Shown here piece by piece: positions 41,937 to 53,412 of a stretch of 64,000 nt of DNA. Source of the DNA: Octopus sinensis (taxonomy: Eukaryota). The position numbers and the translations under genes were made by a program. Below the pieces are notes generated by a model. The model worked only from the letters and a program-made list of their open reading frames with translations. It was not told where the DNA came from and searched no databases. Positions within the stretch are counted from its first letter, which is position 1; each line of letters opens with the position of its first letter. The DNA lies in contig NC_043018.1 in the NCBI RefSeq assembly GCF_006345805.1, positions 17,856,001-17,920,000 on the forward strand. The letters run 5' to 3'.

Positions 41937-42339
41937 ACACGCGAGATATAAGTGAAATACTTACTCATACCCATGGAAAAAGCAAGCACCAAGTCCAGAG
42001 CAGACCTAAGTACCCCAAATATATCCAAAATAGAAAATCTTCGGCACATCTCGAGACACGTGTGATTCGAACTAGAAACTTTCACAGAGTTACAAAATCC
42101 GTGAGTGAACACAATTCTATTTATAATTAATGTAGGATCAAATTTTTTTCGGGAAAAAATTTTTATCAATGGCCAGCATATCAAAAAATACCTTCAAAGG
42201 TTAAATTTATAAATAATTTACAAGATAAGGGCAAAAGAAAAATTCTAATGCCAAATATGCCGAAACAAAAACTTGTCGATAACCACTGTAATTTATGCGT
42301 CTCGAAACAAACCGATAGAAATCTCCCAAAAATTCGTTA

Positions 42340-42400
42340 TTACAGTATTGGTCCAATTTCGGGGTTAATTCATAAGAAATTTTCCCCTCTTCAGTGGCAA
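42340..42400 (-). ncRNA. type I hammerhead ribozyme, core intact, stem I weakened
   Basis: TTGCCA CTGAAGA GGGG[...]CCCC GAAA TTG-GAC-CAA TA CTGTAA. Two stem I mismatches next to the core. Confidence 0.75.
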
Positions 42401-42463
42401 GTATGGTAATAACGAATTTTTTAGAGATTCTATCGGTTTGTTTTGAGACGCATATATTACAAT

Positions 42464-42522
<59 letters not shown>

Positions 42523-42547
42523 TATATATTATATATAGTATATATAT

Positions 42548-42580
<33 letters not shown>

Positions 42581-43038
42581 CATGATTTCTTGCAATAGAG
42601 AAAGACCCGATTCCAACTTAGATCCAAGGCTCATTGATTGGAATTCCATCAACAACGGAGTGTTTTTGTTTGCTTATTTGTATGCATGTATGTATGTATG
42701 TATGTATGTACATGTGCAGATATTTATTTTTTTTTTTATGTATGTATTCTCATGCAAATAGTTGCATATCTAGACATTCTCATATATATTTAAATGAGAA
42801 ACTTCTGGGAAGTTTTATACATTTTCACAGTTCTAATGATAGATTGGAGCTGTAATCGTCGAATCAGCTTTCTCCTTTCTGGTTTTGAGAAGCTTAATTT
42901 CTCATGATTGTTATTTAAGCGGTGTGTTACATATCCGGGAACACCAATAATTAGAGAAATAAACCAGAACTTGTAATTTGGATAAACTATCTACAGATTT
43001 CTCAATAGTTCAGCCTAGATATTCTCTTTTCCACTTAT

Positions 43039-43155
43039 CTTCAGCTTTGTTATATACGTATGTATGTATGTATGTATGTATGTATGTATGTATGTATGTA
43101 TGTATGTATGTATGTATGTATGTATGTATGTATGTATATATGTATATATGTATGT
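43039..43155. repeat. (TATG)n microsatellite
   Basis: Direct inspection. Confidence 0.95.
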
Positions 43156-43359
43156 ATGTGTATGAATGTAAGTATGTACATATCTATCTATTTATCTATC
43201 TACTATCTATCTATCTATCTACTATATATATGTATATATATGCGTATATATATATATATAAATATATAAATATTATTCGAGACAAAACCACTATTTTGCA
43301 AAACAACAAGGAAAGACTTAATTAATACATAAAATTTTAATAAATCCAAAAAAAAACCG

Positions 43360-43402
43360 CCACTACAATCGTTTCTTGTCTTTATCGACAATCTTCAGGT
43401 GG
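43360..43402 (-). ncRNA. minimal type I hammerhead ribozyme, intact
   Basis: CCAC CTGAAGA TTGTC-GATAAA-GACAA GAAAC GATT GTA GTGG. Confidence 0.88.
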
Positions 43403-43458
43403 ACTTCCAATAATTCAGTGTCAATTACTTCATAATTTGACACTGAATTATTGGAAGT

Positions 43459-43501
43459 CCACCTGAAGATTGTCGATCAAGACAAGAAACGATTGTAGTG
43501 G
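43459..43501 (+). ncRNA. minimal type I hammerhead ribozyme, intact
   Basis: CCAC CTGAAGA TTGTC-GATCAA-GACAA GAAAC GATT GTA GTGG; predicted cleavage after 43497. Confidence 0.88.
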
Positions 43502-43673
43502 CGGTTTTTGACTATTTATTAAAATTTTATGTATTAATTAAGTCTTTCCGGTTTGTTTTGCAAAATAGTGGTTTTGTCTCGAATAATATTTTATAATATT
43601 TTAATATAAAATCGATTTAATCCTAAATCTGATTTTTTCCCGTAATTTGGATTTATTCCCTAATATTTATTAT

Positions 43674-43720
<47 letters not shown>

Positions 43721-43732
43721 CATTCACTAATA

Positions 43733-43768
<36 letters not shown>

Positions 43769-43784
43769 GTATATATATATATTG

Positions 43785-43815
<31 letters not shown>

Positions 43816-43883
43816 TTCCATTCATAATAAATATATATTATATGTGTATATATATGTATATTATATATGTATATATATATATG

Positions 43884-43955
<72 letters not shown>

Positions 43956-44889
43956 CGCATATATATACGCAAGATATATACTTGCTTGTGGTGTATCGAT
44001 TATGCGTGTATTTATGTTTTTATGCGTATTCATATATACATATAAGAATTGTTCGTACCAACACATGAAAACTTGTCCATGCCGCTCTTACGTAGATTAG
44101 TTATGATGGAATATCATGTTTATGTCTCCCCTGGAATCTCAATTTATAATACCTAAAACATTTTTTACTGATATTCATAATAAAATGTTCGTCATTGGGA
44201 AACTGGAAAATTTCATACATAAAAAAAATGAAGGTTTTATATTCCTACACTGAAGTTCTCTCCCTTCTTTATCATTGTCATTATGAATTTTATTGTTCAT
44301 ACTGTACAATGGAATTCTGGGTAAATTGCAATTTGTTCAAACGTTAAGCAATCTCTCTTACACTACTATCTCGCACACACACATATATATATATATAAAC
44401 AATTTTGATGCCTAATTCCTATGATGGTTATAGCTAAATCGAAAACAACGTGAATATTAAGGTGTTTTATTAGTTTTACTTCGTTATTTAATGCATTTCC
44501 TCTGAGTTAAAGACCGATCAGCTCTGTATTTGATACACCAAGGAACGATACGTTACGGTATTAAGTAATAAGCAAGAGATATTACAAGATGTACTATTCG
44601 TGTCAAATTATAGATTTAAACTCTGAATTGTTAATATTCATAGTTTGGCAACTATAATCTTCGAAAAATTTCCTTACGTCAAGGAAAATTCTATATAAAA
44701 ATGTTTGACATTTTTGCATTAAACTTCATTATCATCTTAGCTTAATGGCACAGATTTCTCAGCCGGAATTTGCTAGGTATGGTATTCTAATGTCTGTGGA
44801 ACCTTGCTAGCCATTTTTTCTCTATTTTCTGAAGAGTTTTTACCCGGTTTTAGCCGAAAGATTCAGGATTAAGACTTAAAGAAATCCTG

Positions 44890-45108
44890 AAGGCGACGGG
44901 CTGGTAAAATCGTTAGCAAACCACGCAAAATACTTCGCAGCATTTGGTGTGTTTTCACGTTCTGAGTGCAAATTCCGCCGAGATCGACTTTGTCTTTCAT
45001 CATTTCGGGATTGATAAATTAAGTACCAGTTATGCACCTGGGTCGGTGTAATTAACAATCCCCCTCCCCCATAATTTCAGGTCTTTTGCTTACAGTAGAA
45101 ATGATTCT
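44890..45108 (+). mobile_element. diverged SINE sharing the family A head and body but with a different 3' tail
   Basis: GGCGACGGGCTGGTAAAATCGTTAG...TAAGTACCAGTT, then CCCCCTCCCCC...CTTACAGTAGAAA; a similar tail appears at about 61120-61165. Confidence 0.7.
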
Positions 45109-45390
45109 TATCGTGGCCTAGTGTTTAGGGTGTTACACTCACGAACGCAATATCGTGGTTTCTGTTTGCAGACGGGGTGGTATGTGATTTTCTTTAGCAA
45201 AAAGTTTCACCTCATGTTGTTCTGCGATCATTTAGACACACCTTGGGCGTGGCACACCATGACCCTGTTCCAGCAACATCAATTTGAATGAGGGGCTGAA
45301 CTAATGTACAGCACGAACATTTCATCTCTATAAACAAATCATTTGTGCAGATCATTCGGCGTATAACAAAAACCCATTCGTCATCTTCGA

Positions 45391-45750
45391 TGGGTAAGAT
45401 GCTTACTTCCCAACCACACTGTTCCAGGTTCAGTCCCACTGCGTGGCACCTTGCGCAAGTGTTTTCTATTATAGCCTCGGTCCGATCAAAGACTTTTGAG
45501 CGGATTTGGTAGGTGGAAACTAAAAGAAGCCCGTCGATATATGTGTGAGTGTATTTGTGTGTGTGTGTGTCGGTGTGTCCGCCTTCCCCTCCCGCCATCA
45601 CTTGACAACCTTTGCTAGTGTAGCATAGCGGTTCGGCAAAAGATAACCGATAGGATAAGTACTAAGCCTACAAAGAATAAGTCCTAACACACTTTAAGGG
45701 GTGGTCCAGCATGGCTCAGTCAAATTACTGAAACAAGTAAAATAAGAAAA
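45391..45750 (+). mobile_element. diverged SINE family B
   Basis: GGTTCAGTCCCACTGCGTGGCACCTTG...CAGCATGG...ACTGAAACAAGTAAAA. Confidence 0.8.
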
Positions 45751-46616
45751 AGAATTATAAACTATACATTTTCATTGTTTTTCGTTCTTCCAGAACTTCT
45801 GCAACGAAGCCCGACAGGATAAGGTTTAGAACAAATAGAACGTATCCGATCAAATTACGTCTTAATATCAGAAAAACGTTTGTGCCTCATGATATGACGG
45901 AGCAATAATCCTCGCTTCAGCACACTCTTTGTAATTATCAGCTGTACTATTACGTTGAAATTCTGTGGCTCTGACAGTGATGGAAGCATTAATAACATAT
46001 TTGCTGTTTCCTTATTACCAACAGTTTTGGCTCGGCATCCGAATCTCTTGTAATTAAACTAGTCGAAGAGATCAGCCTGTTGTTACCAGTCTCAAAAGAC
46101 TTTATGCTAATGATTGCAGTACTGGATTCTGTTAACGTCGCCCAACGAGTAAAGACAGTGAACTGATGGCATTGAGTAGATCCAAGTTTTGGGAATGTCT
46201 TAAAACGAGTGATGGATTATGTCTATGAATGAACAAACATGTTTATTGCAATGAGATTTCGCACAGATGTTGCCAACCAAATTGGCTGACATTCACAAGA
46301 CTTGGATCGACTGGATACTATGCTCGAAAATAGTTGATGAATGACGAGCGGAATGGAATGAAATCATGGCGGCTTGCCTGCGTTTAGATAACTTTTTATT
46401 CTTCCTTTCTAACTTTTGGCAATGATACAGAAATAGTTTAGGCTAGTGTACATAATCATACAGATGCACCGAAATAATACTTTAAAAGTTTCCCTTTCGT
46501 TTCTCTGTATATTCAATATTTCAGATTGATGACGAAACTGAATTTGTCAATGAAATGAAAATGCATTTCTTTTTTAGTTTCTGCACATATGATTTTCGAG
46601 TCAAACACAGAGAAAT

Positions 46617-46803
46617 ATAAATTGAATAACTGTGCAACCGATGATATACAAGGAACATGATGTTACAGGGGATTTAGGAGAACGCATTTCCAAATACATT
46701 TGTTCGTCTTTGGTATATACTATAAAACACATCGGTAATTTAATAGATATATACGTATGTATGTACATTTATATAAATGGGTGTGCATAACTATATGTAT
46801 TTA

Positions 46804-46836
<33 letters not shown>

Positions 46837-46941
46837 TATATATATATATATATATACCACGAAATTATATTTGTGCGCGTAAGCATAATTACGCTCATGT
46901 ATATGGGTATGTACCTCAGGGACATTTCTTCTTTGTTCATT
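46617..46941 (+). repeat. direct repeat, copy 2 (copy 1 at 40818-41129)
   Basis: Colinear with copy 1, including the internal microsatellite. Confidence 0.9.
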
Positions 46942-46954
46942 TTTTCTGATATTA

Positions 46955-47362
46955 AGGAGTGGCTGTGTGGTAAGTAGCTTGCTTACCAACCACATGGTTC
47001 CGGGTTCAGTCCCACTGCCTGGCACCTTCGGCAAGTGTCTTCTGCTATAGCCTCGGGCCGACCAAAACCTTGTGATGGATTTGGTAGACGGAAACTGAAA
47101 GAAGCCCATCGTATATATCTATATATATGTATATATGTATGTGTGTGCGTGTTTGTGTGTCTGTATTTGTCCCCTTAGCTTTGCTTCTCAACCGATTCTG
47201 GTGTTTTTATGTCCCCGTCACTTAGCGGTTCGGCAAAAGGGACCGATAAAATAAGTACTGGGCTTACAAAGAATAAGTCCTGGGGTCGAGTTGCTCGACT
47301 AAAGGCGGTGCTCCAGCATGGCCGCAGTCAAATGACTGAAACAAGTAAAAGAGTAAAAGAGT
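46955..47362 (+). mobile_element. SINE family B, full length
   Basis: Homologous to the 14545 copy. Confidence 0.92.
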
Positions 47363-47372
47363 ATATATATAT

Positions 47373-47404
<32 letters not shown>

Positions 47405-47407
47405 GGA

Positions 47408-47903
47408 CAACTAGACTCCTTCTCTTTTGTCCAATCCTTCCATCCTGCCCTCCAGTTCTCCTGCTCTCTCTCTAACGCTTCCGTCAAATTTCTCGACATT
47501 ACTGTCACCACTACAAACACACTGGCTTACACACTTACCTCAACTTATCCGCACCAAGTTCTCCACCCCGATTCCTCCGTCTGAGCACGCTCTGCAGTGA
47601 CACCCATCTCGTTGGGATCACCATCACTTTATTATCTCCCGTTCATTCAACCAACTTGCTTCATTATTATCTCCCTTTCTTTCAATCCTATTTTCCCCAA
47701 TCATTCGCCATGCTGGACCGCTGATTTCTACAAGTCTTTTTCATTCTATCTCTGTTTATATTCTCTTATTCCTTTCTATTGAGCATAGGCTCGAAACGCA
47801 AAAAAAATTTTTCCCGGGCGTCAACCTAATACACTTGCTTGCTTGCTTGATTGCTGTTCATACATCTGTCTTCGTCTTTTGTTTTTCTATAAATTTCAGT
47901 TAA

Positions 47904-47905
<2 letters not shown>
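47408..47905 (+). pseudogene. Penelope-like element reverse transcriptase remnant with 3' region
   Basis: 47408-47518 reads QLDSFSFVQSFHPALQFSCSLSNASVKFLDITVTTTN (PLE RT 'N..HP.I.FT.E.....L.FLD' region). After a frameshift it reads HTYLN...RFLRLSTLCSD (PLE thumb 'Q.LR..R.CS'). An HHR-like remnant GAGC-ATAG-GCTC GAAAC lies at 47781-47797. Confidence 0.75.
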
Positions 47906-47983
<78 letters not shown>

Positions 47984-48016
47984 TAATCAAAATAAAAACA
48001 TGATGCCACGGATTCA

Positions 48017-48094
48017 GCGGTACATATGTTTCGGGCCTTTATTAGACGGATTTATAACAATGCATAATGTGTGTCTATGGCCTTCTTCAGCCGC
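48017..48094 (-). ncRNA. type I hammerhead ribozyme, core intact, long stem II
   Basis: GCGG CTGAAGA AGGCC[...TAGAC...GTCTA...]GGCCC GAAAC ATAT GTA CCGC. Palindromic stem III ACATATGT; one A-C mismatch at the base of stem II. Confidence 0.8.
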
Positions 48095-48711
48095 GCACAA
48101 TTACTACCTATATATGTATATATATGAAGTATAAGGAACAGTGTAGACGATCTTTAGTTCATGATTCAGTTTAGTACAGAAACAGTATGTATTCTACAAA
48201 TTTGTTACGATTCTAATTAATTCCAAAGAGAAAAACGAAAAATTCTTCTAGAGATAAAAATTAGATTCTTCGTCGGGAATTACATACTGGTATAAACAAT
48301 GAAGACCAACAAAAATATACAAAGACCTTTTATAACCGAGACAGGTACGAAGAAATAATAATAGGATGAAAGATAACTAGAACACCGGATAATTTAAAAC
48401 CAGAAAAATAAATATTAAAAAAACCTCTCCAACGCTTTATTAACATTACAATTCTCATTGTGTAAATTTTTATGAAACAAAAATTAAACTAGAAAAATAA
48501 TAGGGTTATCTAATCAAAAATTAAATATTTATACCTACAAACCGATATATTATGCACTAAAAAGCAATAAATGTCCAAATTCAAGGTTAATAGTATAGTA
48601 ATGTGAAACGAAAAAAGAAAAGGCAATTATTTTGTTTACATAAAAGCCATATACGAGTAAAACAGTAAAACAGAGAAAGAGAAAGAGTAGTGAAGGGAGA
48701 GGAAAGAAAAT

Positions 48712-48795
48712 AGTAATACAGTGAAGGAGAAGTAGAGAGAGTAATACAGTGAAGGAGGAGTAGAGAGAGTAATACAGTGAAGGAGAAGTAGACAG
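48712..48795 (+). repeat. minisatellite, 3 x 28 bp
   Basis: AGTAATACAGTGAAGGAG(A/G)AGTAGA(G/C)AG repeated three times. Confidence 0.9.
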
Positions 48796-49332
48796 AGAAA
48801 GATTAAGAGAACGTAATAACTGTTTGAGAAAGAAGAAAGCGGAGTATCTCTTCTGTTTTGAACATATGAATGTGAAAAGAAGGGGTGAATAAAGTAAAAA
48901 AAAAACAGCCATTCAACTCTGTGTGAGTATATATGTATATGTATGTGTGTGCTTGGGAAATATGTGAATGTCTGTATCTGTGATTATTCTGTACTTCAGT
49001 TTGTACCTTGTTTATATAACAATTAGCCATCAATTATAAATGGTACAGGGTCAGCTAATAAATAAATATATAGAAATATCAAAACGGTAGTAAGATAACT
49101 AAATGATTTAAATGTAAAATCAACCGTCTCACAATCACAGATGAACCAAAATTAAAATACAATATCTTAAAAATTTAATTAAAAATTAGAATTTCAAACA
49201 TTTCTTCAAATTAAAGATTAAAATAAACGATGCGAGAGGAACCAACATGAGTAGTAAATACAAAGCATGAAACAGAAATTCTCAAACTCTCAACAACGAC
49301 AAAATCAAAATGAAAGCAGATTGAATAAAACA

Positions 49333-49450
49333 CCTATAATAGATATCCTTAATTACAATTAATAGATATCCTTAATTAGAATAGATATCCTATAATAGCT
49401 ATCCTTAATTACAATAGATATCCTATAAAAGATATCGTTAATTACAATTT
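49333..49450 (+). repeat. degenerate minisatellite of ATAGATATCCT(TAATTACA/ATA) units
   Basis: Direct inspection. Confidence 0.8.
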
Positions 49451-50042
49451 ATTAAACAGACATTTATTTTTATGAACACAGAAAAATACGCCTTTCAGAT
49501 TTAGTGTTTAACAACCTTCTTCTAGGAAATAAAATCAAAACTAATTTCTCAGAACAAAGAGAGTAGAACCTATTACCAAACTAGCCAGGGCCGTCCCTAA
49601 AATGCCCATTCAATAAAGAACGTTTTATTCTTATTTTTAAGATTCCAGATGAAATTACTAAGACTATTTGAAGCCCTATTCCTTTTACTAAAACCCCTTT
49701 TTTTTAAATATAATTTGTAGAAGATCAAATATCAATGTAATCACTACCTTCAGAAATAACTCAAAATACAAGGCTTCAGAATGAAGCGTTAGTCAAGGAC
49801 ACTTCCTTAGCTTACTGCTGTTTCTTATTCAGTAGATTTATTGTTAAGTGCCTGACTAACACCTTATATATCCTGTGAAGTGATATGGTGGTACTCAGGC
49901 ACTCAGCTACGAATCCACTGCTTCATAGTAGCAGAAAAATTTAGAAGAAAAATGGAGTTCAATAGATGATGGAGTCTTCTAGTCTTTTATAAGTGTAAAG
50001 TCTATCTATCTTTATATATATAGCTGTATGTATATATATAAT

Positions 50043-50083
<41 letters not shown>

Positions 50084-50084
50084 C

Positions 50085-50117
<33 letters not shown>

Positions 50118-51245
50118 CATACAAACATACATACATACATACGTACGTACATACATACATGTATATATATATCTGTGTGTGCCTATGCGCGTGTATATAT
50201 ATATATATATATATACATACATATAAATATATATATATATGTATATATATATACATGCATGTGTGTATATATATGTATGTATATGTTTTGAAATTTCTAG
50301 AATTATGTAACGTTCATGAAATCATTTTACATTTATTTATTTATTTATTTGAAGACCAGTATGAAATAAAATGAAATGGTTAGCAAGTCACGATTTTCTT
50401 ACAGAGAAATATTTTATTTTGCATTGTTCTTTATATAATAAAATTATTCGTGAATATAACATAATGCAACAAAAGCTGCTACACAAGAGTCTTAGGTTGG
50501 TGTGAAATGTCATAATCAATACGGTCACAGCAGGAATACGAACGTCTTCTAACTTCACATTATTGTGTGCTTCCCAGAGTTATACTAGACATTGCTAAAT
50601 TTCAGTTCATCGTTACCATCGATAGAACATTTGTTTGAAAATCATTTTAAAGTATGTTAATACATCATGTGCTTCTAAAGAGAATACAATCAACTCGCCG
50701 CGAGCTTCGATTTATTCCTATATTTGTTAATATTGTGTAAGATATTTATTTACATCATGCTGAGGTAATGGAAATAATTTCTTCGAATGAAATGAGGTTA
50801 ATTCAAAGTATTATATTCTGAATGTATTAATATTAAACCTTCACCCTGAGTGAGGATTACGTCCATGTCATGCATTGCCTCAGATTATATATTTGGTGTG
50901 TGACCACATTTTTAACACTCTATACTTGGATAAGAATCTAAAACCTCCATCAAAAAGTTGGTTGTCCATAGCTCACAATAAGTGATTTTTTTATTTATTT
51001 TTTTTTATTTTGCATTGTTAAATTAAATATTCAATGTGAATAGAGATCAACGATAATATTCTAAACTTTATTTGATTACTTCAGACACAGAGCAATATTA
51101 TTAATACTTAAGTTATATTACAATTAATTATGTAAACAATATTGAAAGCGATCGAATATCAGTGTAAACAACATTAGGGGATTAGACAGTTGATGTAATT
51201 TACTTAAGTTATCAATTTTTAATTACGCTTCAGAGGACCACTTAC

Positions 51246-51324
51246 CCAGACCTAGGTCAGACCTGTCATATTTCGAAATCCGAAGCTTTTCAGAATATTA
51301 TAAATTATTTGTAAACATACAAAT
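51246..51324 (-). other. candidate non-coding or UTR exon (79 nt)
   Basis: Minus strand TATATTTTCTTCTCTAG|ATTTG...TCTGG|GTAAGT; stops in all three frames. Confidence 0.2.
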
Positions 51325-51779
51325 CTAGAGAAGAAAATATAAAATTATTTTTTTCACTAACAGACGTTAAAAATACAGGAAAGTATTTAAATATTATATA
51401 ATATTAAGTCTGGTGGCGGTGTACAGTTTCTGTCAATCTACCATCTAAGGAAATCATGAAATATAAAATTATATTAAAAGAGAAGAAAGAAAATTAATCT
51501 TGGACGACAACGAAAATGAGATATTCACAAATCATCTGAGAATTCAATGTATGTTCCAATTACTTTTCAGAATATAAATATTGTGGACAATACAATAATG
51601 CCATATGTTCGATTCCAAAATAACTTTAGTCGATAACAGTTTAAATTACTGAACAGACAAACAATATCATTTTAATTTACAACTGGCATTTTAATGACTT
51701 CATATCGAATACACTGCTTTCTGCGAAATTCCATGGAATTGTTAATGGACAATAGACTCACATATACATATGTCTGTAT

Positions 51780-51817
<38 letters not shown>

Positions 51818-52025
51818 ACAATGAAAGGCAGAAGATGGAATATACGAGAATATATTATTATCACAACAATTGTTCCGACACATCTAGCATCTACGCTCAG
51901 GAGCATATACATGCTATATATATATATGTATATACACACACACATATACTATATATATATAGTATATATATATATACACATATATATACACATACACATA
52001 CGTGTATATATATATATATATACAC

Positions 52026-52068
<43 letters not shown>

Positions 52069-52156
52069 AACATGTATATATCTATATAATCACGTACCTG
52101 TACATATGCGTGTGAATATGTGTGTGTGTGCGTGTCTCTGTGTGTGTATGTGTGTG

Positions 52157-52191
<35 letters not shown>

Positions 52192-52695
52192 CGTGTGTGT
52201 GTGTGTGAACAGCTCTCCAATATAAGCGGTTAGATAACTGATCTCATTAAACCTTTGTCCAATTTCTAACAAGGATACAAGGACACAAATGTTGTTTAGG
52301 AGAAATAGAATAGCTTCAACAGAATTTAATACGTGACTGGATAGGTTCCATATTGACCCTGGGTAGATATAAGTCAAATACAAAATTAGTAGTATTTGAA
52401 ACTGGCAAAAATTCCAATTTCGTATGGAGTTTACAGATTGACTGTTACTGCGTATCAATGTTATTCTATTATCGATGCTTAAAATTGATTTAATCACATA
52501 AATGTTGAGGAATGGAGGTTTGTGAGAGGCGTATTCCTGACAGTTTGAAAATGGTGTGATGGAGACAAAGCTGCATCCAGCAAATTTTATGAGAGACAAA
52601 AAATTGAAGCGAAGTAGTTCGTCTGACTCTGTATAAGAAAATTCGCCACACATCCGGACATTTAAGAGATTTATTTTTTCTAGATAAGAACTTAT

Positions 52696-52821
52696 ATTCT
52701 TTTATTCTTTTACTTCTTTCAGTTAATTAACTGAGGACAGTAATTACTGGAGCACCGCCTAAAAGGATGTAAGTCGAAGAAATTGACCCCAGGACTTATT
52801 TTTGTAAGTCTGGTACTTATT
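52696..52821 (-). mobile_element. 3' fragment of SINE family B
   Basis: CTGGAGCACCGCC...GACCCCAGGACTTATT...GTACTTATT. Confidence 0.7.
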
Positions 52822-53019
52822 ATTTCTTTATTGCCCACAATGGGCTAAACATAGAGGGGACAAGCAAGCACGTACAAAGAGATTAAGTCGATTATATCGA
52901 CCCCAGTGCGTAACTGATACTTAATTTATCGACCCCGAAAGGATGAAAGCAAAGTCGACCTCGGCGGGAATTTGAACTCAGAATGTAACGGCAGGCTAAA
53001 TCCCGCTAAGCATCTCGCC
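52822..53019 (-). mobile_element. SINE family A, slightly 5'-truncated
   Basis: TATTTCTTTATTGCCCAC...GAATTTGAACTCAGAA...CTAAGCATCTCGCCCG. Confidence 0.88.
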
Positions 53020-53020
53020 C

Positions 53021-53065
<45 letters not shown>

Positions 53066-53270
53066 CTATATATATATATATATATATCTATACATATATA
53101 TATATATATAGATGTATGTATGTATGTATGTATGTATTATGTATGTATGTATATATATATATATATTATATATATATGTATGTATGTATGTATGCATGTA
53201 TATATATCTATATATATATCTATAATCTATATATATATATATATATATATATATAATGTATGTAGTATGT

Positions 53271-53316
<46 letters not shown>

Positions 53317-53319
<3 letters not shown>

Positions 53320-53412
53320 GACGAGCGTCTGCCAGTTTCCATCTACCATATCCAATTACAAAGTTTTGGTCGGCTCAAGGCCATAGTAGGATACATTTGC
53401 TCAAGGTACCAC
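53317..53412 (-). mobile_element. diverged internal fragment of SINE family B
   Basis: CAGTTTCCATCTACC...TTTGGTCGGCTCAAGGCCATAGTAGGATACATTTGCTCAAGG. Confidence 0.65.

Larger units (their letters stand above)
41748..42465 (-). mobile_element. partial-tandem hammerhead retroelement (464-nt unit) with a 5' inverted segment
   Basis: TAATTTACAAGATAAGGGC... repeated at 41750 and 42214 (offset 464); hammerheads at both unit boundaries; 42401-42464 is an inverted copy of the post-cleavage sequence; (TA)n on both sides. Confidence 0.8.
43265..43670. mobile_element. head-to-head fold-back element (arms about 43265-43430 / 43436-43594) with two intact hammerheads
   Basis: Arms are near-identical reverse complements around a CTTCA loop; the right arm extends to TTATTCCCTAATATTT and then (TA)n. 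Confidence 0.88.

Noticed and set aside
44826-44870. CTGAAGA...GCCGAAAGATTC
   Set aside because: Stem II is mostly unpaired and stem I is only weak U-G/U-A.
45781-46400. Higher-complexity stretch with an open frame of about 75 codons on the minus strand and a good plus-strand acceptor at 45793
   Set aside because: No recognisable protein motif and no consistent donor/acceptor pair.
52731-52760. CTGAGGA CAGT-AATT-ACTG GAGC as a hammerhead
   Set aside because: It lacks GAAA and stems I/III, and lies within a decayed SINE B tail; coincidence.
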